Sequence record: SRR31156797_6845 | Reading direction: 5' to 3' (one strand) | Length of the DNA: 64,000 bases | Shown: one piece after another, positions 60,811 to 64,000 of the stretch | Position numbering within the stretch: position 1 is the first letter of the stretch | Layout: the number at the start of each line of letters is the position of its first letter | Notes under the pieces: model-generated | Seen by the model: the letters and a program-made list of their open reading frames with translations, nothing else | What the model was told of the DNA's origin: nothing | The model's database searches: none | Made by a program: the position numbers and the translations under genes

Positions 60811-60904
60811 GGAAAAACTAAATATCTTCTCTATAAAATATATTTTAAAGAATGGCCCAACAGGCAACGCCACAGATACAGCACAATCAGATGGAAAAAG
60901 GATT

Positions 60905-61240
60905 ATGAAAACCATATCCAAGCGGCTACAACGTGAAGCCGATTGCATGACCCTCATGATCATCCGTTATTGCAAGGATCATCATCATGGCACACGCTCG
61001 CCTCTCTGCTCCGAGTGCGAAGAACTTTTGCGTTATGCCCTACAGAGGCTAGAGCATTGCCCTTTTGCAGAACAGAAATCTACCTGCGGTAAATGCAGCG
61101 TCCACTGTTACAAACCCGATATGCAAAAAAAAATTCGAGAAATCATGCGGTATGTAGGACCACGCATGATGTTTACAAATCCGATTATGGCCCTGCACCA
61201 CCTCTTCGATGGTCTTAGAAAACCACCTAAACGGGGATAG
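60905..61240 (+). CDS. YgbA family ('nitrous oxide-stimulated promoter') Cys-rich protein
   Basis: RE...MI..YC..HH....LC.EC..L..YA..RL..CP...K..C..C..HCY...IMRY.GPRM..P...H. Confidence 0.88.
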   Translation: MKTISKRLQREADCMTLMIIRYCKDHHHGTRSPLCSECEELLRYALQRLEHCPFAEQKSTCGKCSVHCYKPDMQKKIREIMRYVGPRMMFTNPIMALHHLFDGLRKPPKRG

Positions 61241-61248
61241 CAGACCGC

Positions 61249-61277
61249 TTGACACGCCTTTTTAAATCCCGTAAGGT
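61249..61277 (+). promoter_or_regulatory. Sigma70-type promoter for tatBC
   Basis: TTGACA-N17-TAAGGT. Confidence 0.6.
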
Positions 61278-61406
61278 TGGACCGTTTTAAGGGAAGCTGA
61301 AGTGTAACTATTCAGCGATTAACAAATCCCCTTGCTTTAACCTCGACCTGTAACTGCTCCACCGTTGCCCTAAAGTCATAAAAATTCACCTGTTGAGCCT
61401 GCTCTT

Positions 61407-61862
61407 ATGTTTGGAATTGGTCTTCCTGAAATGATAGTCATCTTCGCTGTCGCCCTGATCGTGGTAGGGCCAGACAAACTTCCGGATCTTGCCAGATCAC
61501 TTGCCAAAGGGTTGATGGAGATGAAAAAAACAGTCAACCAGCTAAAAGAAAACCTGTCCGAAGAGGATGACACACTCAATGAAGTACAGCGGGAACTGAA
61601 ACAAACAGCCGCTGAACTCAAAGAACGAGTACTTGATAACGATACACAAACTTGGTCGCAAACACCCCTTGAGAAGCCTGTTGAGGAGATAAAAGCTGCC
61701 GAAGAAACAGTAGAACACTCTCAGGATAATCCACGCCCCTGGGAGAGAGACGCTGAGAAGGCCCCAAAGGAAGACAAAATAGATTCTTCCGCGGCAGACA
61801 ACGCAATAGAAGAATTACCTGTCAATGAAGCTGACAAAGCAAAAGACGCCGCCACAAAATGA
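61407..61862 (+). CDS. tatB: Twin-arginine translocase TatB (TatA/B family)
   Basis: MFGIG..E...[11 protein letters not shown] followed by an amphipathic helix; overlaps tatC. Confidence 0.85.
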   Translation: MFGIGLPEMIVIFAVALIVVGPDKLPDLARSLAKGLMEMKKTVNQLKENLSEEDDTLNEVQRELKQTAAELKERVLDNDTQTWSQTPLEKPVEEIKAAEETVEHSQDNPRPWERDAEKAPKEDKIDSSAADNAIEELPVNEADKAKDAATK

Positions 61863-62593
61863 TAACCGCATTTGATCACTTCCGTCCCCACCATGAAGAA
61901 CTGAGGAAGCGGCTTATCCGCAGCATTGCTGCAGTATTTCTTTGTACCGCGGTTGCGTATCTGGGCAAAGATTATATTGCTGCATTCTGCATGCAGCCAT
62001 TGTTCAGCGCGGCCCCTGAGCTTGAAAAACTTGTGTACACCAAGCTGACCGAGGCATTTGTCAGCTACATCAAACTCTCACTCCTGGCTGGCATCCTGAT
62101 CAGCTTTCCCTATATACTTTATCAACTATGGATGTTTATTTCACCCGGCCTTCTTGCCAATGAAAAAAGGACAGCCCTGCTGGTTGTCTCCTGGGCCACT
62201 TTTTTATTTCTTGGCGGTGCCTGTTTTTCTTTTTTTATTGCCCTTCCGAAAATTCTTTCTTTTTTCATGAGCTACGCTGGGCCAAACCTTACCCCTATGC
62301 CTAAGTTTGGCCTGTACCTGACTTTTGTCGGACGAATGATACTTGCCTTTGCCTTGGCGTTTGAAATTCCGTTTCTTATGGTAATGGCAAGCCGTACCGG
62401 CCTTGTGGCCCCGGACTATTTTTCTCGAAAACGTACCTGGTTTTATGTAGCTATAGTGGTGCTCTCCTTTTTGCTTGCCACAGGTGAACTCACAGCTACG
62501 GTCCTCCTTTGTCTCCCCCTGTTTCTACTGTATGAAGCAGGCATCCTTGCCGGGCGTGTATTTAAGGGGAAGCAGCGGGCACCAACGGAGTAA
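61859..62593 (+). CDS. tatC: Twin-arginine translocase TatC
   Basis: [28 protein letters not shown]. Confidence 0.92.
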   Translation: MITAFDHFRPHHEELRKRLIRSIAAVFLCTAVAYLGKDYIAAFCMQPLFSAAPELEKLVYTKLTEAFVSYIKLSLLAGILISFPYILYQLWMFISPGLLANEKRTALLVVSWATFLFLGGACFSFFIALPKILSFFMSYAGPNLTPMPKFGLYLTFVGRMILAFALAFEIPFLMVMASRTGLVAPDYFSRKRTWFYVAIVVLSFLLATGELTATVLLCLPLFLLYEAGILAGRVFKGKQRAPTE

Positions 62594-62732
62594 GCTGCAG
62601 CCCCCCTACAGCTCCGTCTCCCTTCCGGCCACTTATTACAACATGATATCTCTTTCCCACCATATCCAAGTAAAGCCCTTGTCTTAGTATTACTTTTTAA
62701 AGATCTCTTTAACACTTTCTTAACATTCCGAC

Positions 62733-62761
62733 TTGACTTGCTCATTTCATCCCCCGATAAT
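62733..62761 (+). promoter_or_regulatory. Putative promoter for the chemoreceptor gene
   Basis: TTGACT-N17-GATAAT; overlaps a sigma28-like -10 CCCGATAA. Confidence 0.5.
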
Positions 62762-62848
62762 GATAGTAATTAATTACTAGCTCCTCCATTTCAGGAAAAC
62801 TGAATTGGCTATGGGCGAACATACAATTCATGAATACAAGAGGTATAA

Positions 62849-64000
62849 ATGAAAAATCTTAACATCGGAGTAAAACTGGTTGGAGGTTTTATCCTTACTG
62901 CGATAATTGTACTGGTTGTTGGCTTATTGGCAATGCAGCAGCAGAATAAACTTCATGAGGAGAGCGAAGCGCTGACAGAAGACGCCTTGCCCGCAGTACA
63001 AAACATGTTGATCATCAAAAGTGAAGCCAACTATATTGCCGCCCTCATGCGAACATTGCTCACTCCTTATGCCACCAAGGAACAGAGAAAATCAGTTCAC
63101 CAGGGGCTCCTTGATTCAAGAAAAATTTATGGTGCTGCCAAAAATAAATTTATGGAGTTGGCTTTTTTTCCAACTGTAGAAACTGACTGGAAAAATTTTG
63201 GCGACCATATAGGCAAATGGGTTGCTGCCAATAACCAGGCAGTCAAATACTCTGAAGAACTTATTGAAAGGGACTTAACCAATCCCTCCCTGTTGAATAA
63301 GCACATGCAACAATTCGAGATTGCTCACCTGACTCTGCTGGAAGATATCAGCAAACTCATTAACCAGAACGCTTCCTTTGCAGGTGGCACGGATGAGAAT
63401 GCCTGTACACTCGGTAAATGGCTCAATAACATGGACACCACCAACCCGGAACTGGTTGCCCTTGCCTCAAAACTCAAACCGGTTCACGCCAAGCTTCACC
63501 AGGCTACCACCAAAATCAAGCAGTTTGTAGCCAATGGGCAGATCCTGCAGGCCCAAGAAACGTTGAACGATGTTTTATACCCTGCATCAGAAGAGGTTTT
63601 TTCCATTGTCCATGAAATGAGCGCTATTGTAGAAACGGCCTATGAAGCTTTCTCTGAAATGAACAATCTGCTGCTTGTAGAGGCTGCCACCCACCAACAA
63701 AACACCTTTGACGCTATTGATACCATTGTCAATAAAGCTGTGGAAAGCTCCCATGCGGTTGCAGAGGAAGCTGAATCTGTTGCCAAAACTGCACGGACTA
63801 TCAATCTTCTTGGCATAGCCATTGGTATTACCCTTGCTCTGGCTCTTGGATTTTACCTTACCATTATTATCACCAAACCACTGTCTAAAGGGGTTGAACT
63901 TTCCAAGGCCATGGCTGATGGTGATATGACGAAAACCATGGACGTGGACCAGAAAGATGAGATTGGTGTTCTGGCAAAATCCTTAAATAACATGGCATCC
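62849..64000 (+). CDS. 3'-partial methyl-accepting chemotaxis protein (TM, four-helix sensor with CZB insert, TM, HAMP)
   Basis: Absent from the ORF track because it has no stop. Manual translation gives MKNLNIGVKLVGGF..TM, ACTLGKW, VHAKLH, TM2, and HAMP ITKPL..MADGDMT...KDEIG.LA.SLN.M. Confidence 0.85.
   Translation, partial: MKNLNIGVKLVGGFILTAIIVLVVGLLAMQQQNKLHEESEALTEDALPAVQNMLIIKSEANYIAALMRTLLTPYATKEQRKSVHQGLLDSRKIYGAAKNKFMELAFFPTVETDWKNFGDHIGKWVAANNQAVKYSEELIERDLTNPSLLNKHMQQFEIAHLTLLEDISKLINQNASFAGGTDENACTLGKWLNNMDTTNPELVALASKLKPVHAKLHQATTKIKQFVANGQILQAQETLNDVLYPASEEVFSIVHEMSAIVETAYEAFSEMNNLLLVEAATHQQNTFDAIDTIVNKAVESSHAVAEEAESVAKTARTINLLGIAIGITLALALGFYLTIIITKPLSKGVELSKAMADGDMTKTMDVDQKDEIGVLAKSLNNMAS

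Overview
Core-genome window from an AT-rich sulfate-reducing Desulfobacterota. Gene content (tetraheme cytochrome c3, HcpR/hcp, System II heme maturation) suggests Desulfobulbales/Desulfocapsaceae, which is an inference. About 55 CDSs are present, with no transposase, prophage, CRISPR array, rRNA or tRNA recognised. Main blocks: (1) a partial Cache-like/TM/Schlafen-AlbA_2 gene; (2) a tightly packed minus-strand run encoding a long YvcK-like protein, two hybrid kinases, a response regulator, a J-domain protein and a heterodimeric ABC exporter; (3) kdsB, rsmJ, kdnA-like, xseA, cobT, a DUF89-like fusion and aroK; (4) an A2-type heme-copper oxidase operon preceded by DUF2231 and DOMON genes; (5) signalling and envelope genes; (6) a hcpR/hcp/alSiR-like/ferredoxin nitrosative-stress locus; (7) glcDF, resB-ccsA-cytochrome c3; (8) glyS, a degenerate folE2, galT, dksA, moaC, dnaJ, rpoZ, purA; (9) ygbA-like, tatBC and a partial chemoreceptor. 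The best leads are the membrane sensor with a Schlafen-type output domain, the DUF2231/DOMON module in front of an oxidase whose subunit II has no heme c, a predicted HcpR regulon with a remote ygbA member, a periplasmic CZB chemoreceptor, several apparent pseudoenzymes, and a structured intergenic RNA candidate. All family assignments come from motif recognition by eye; no database search was run.
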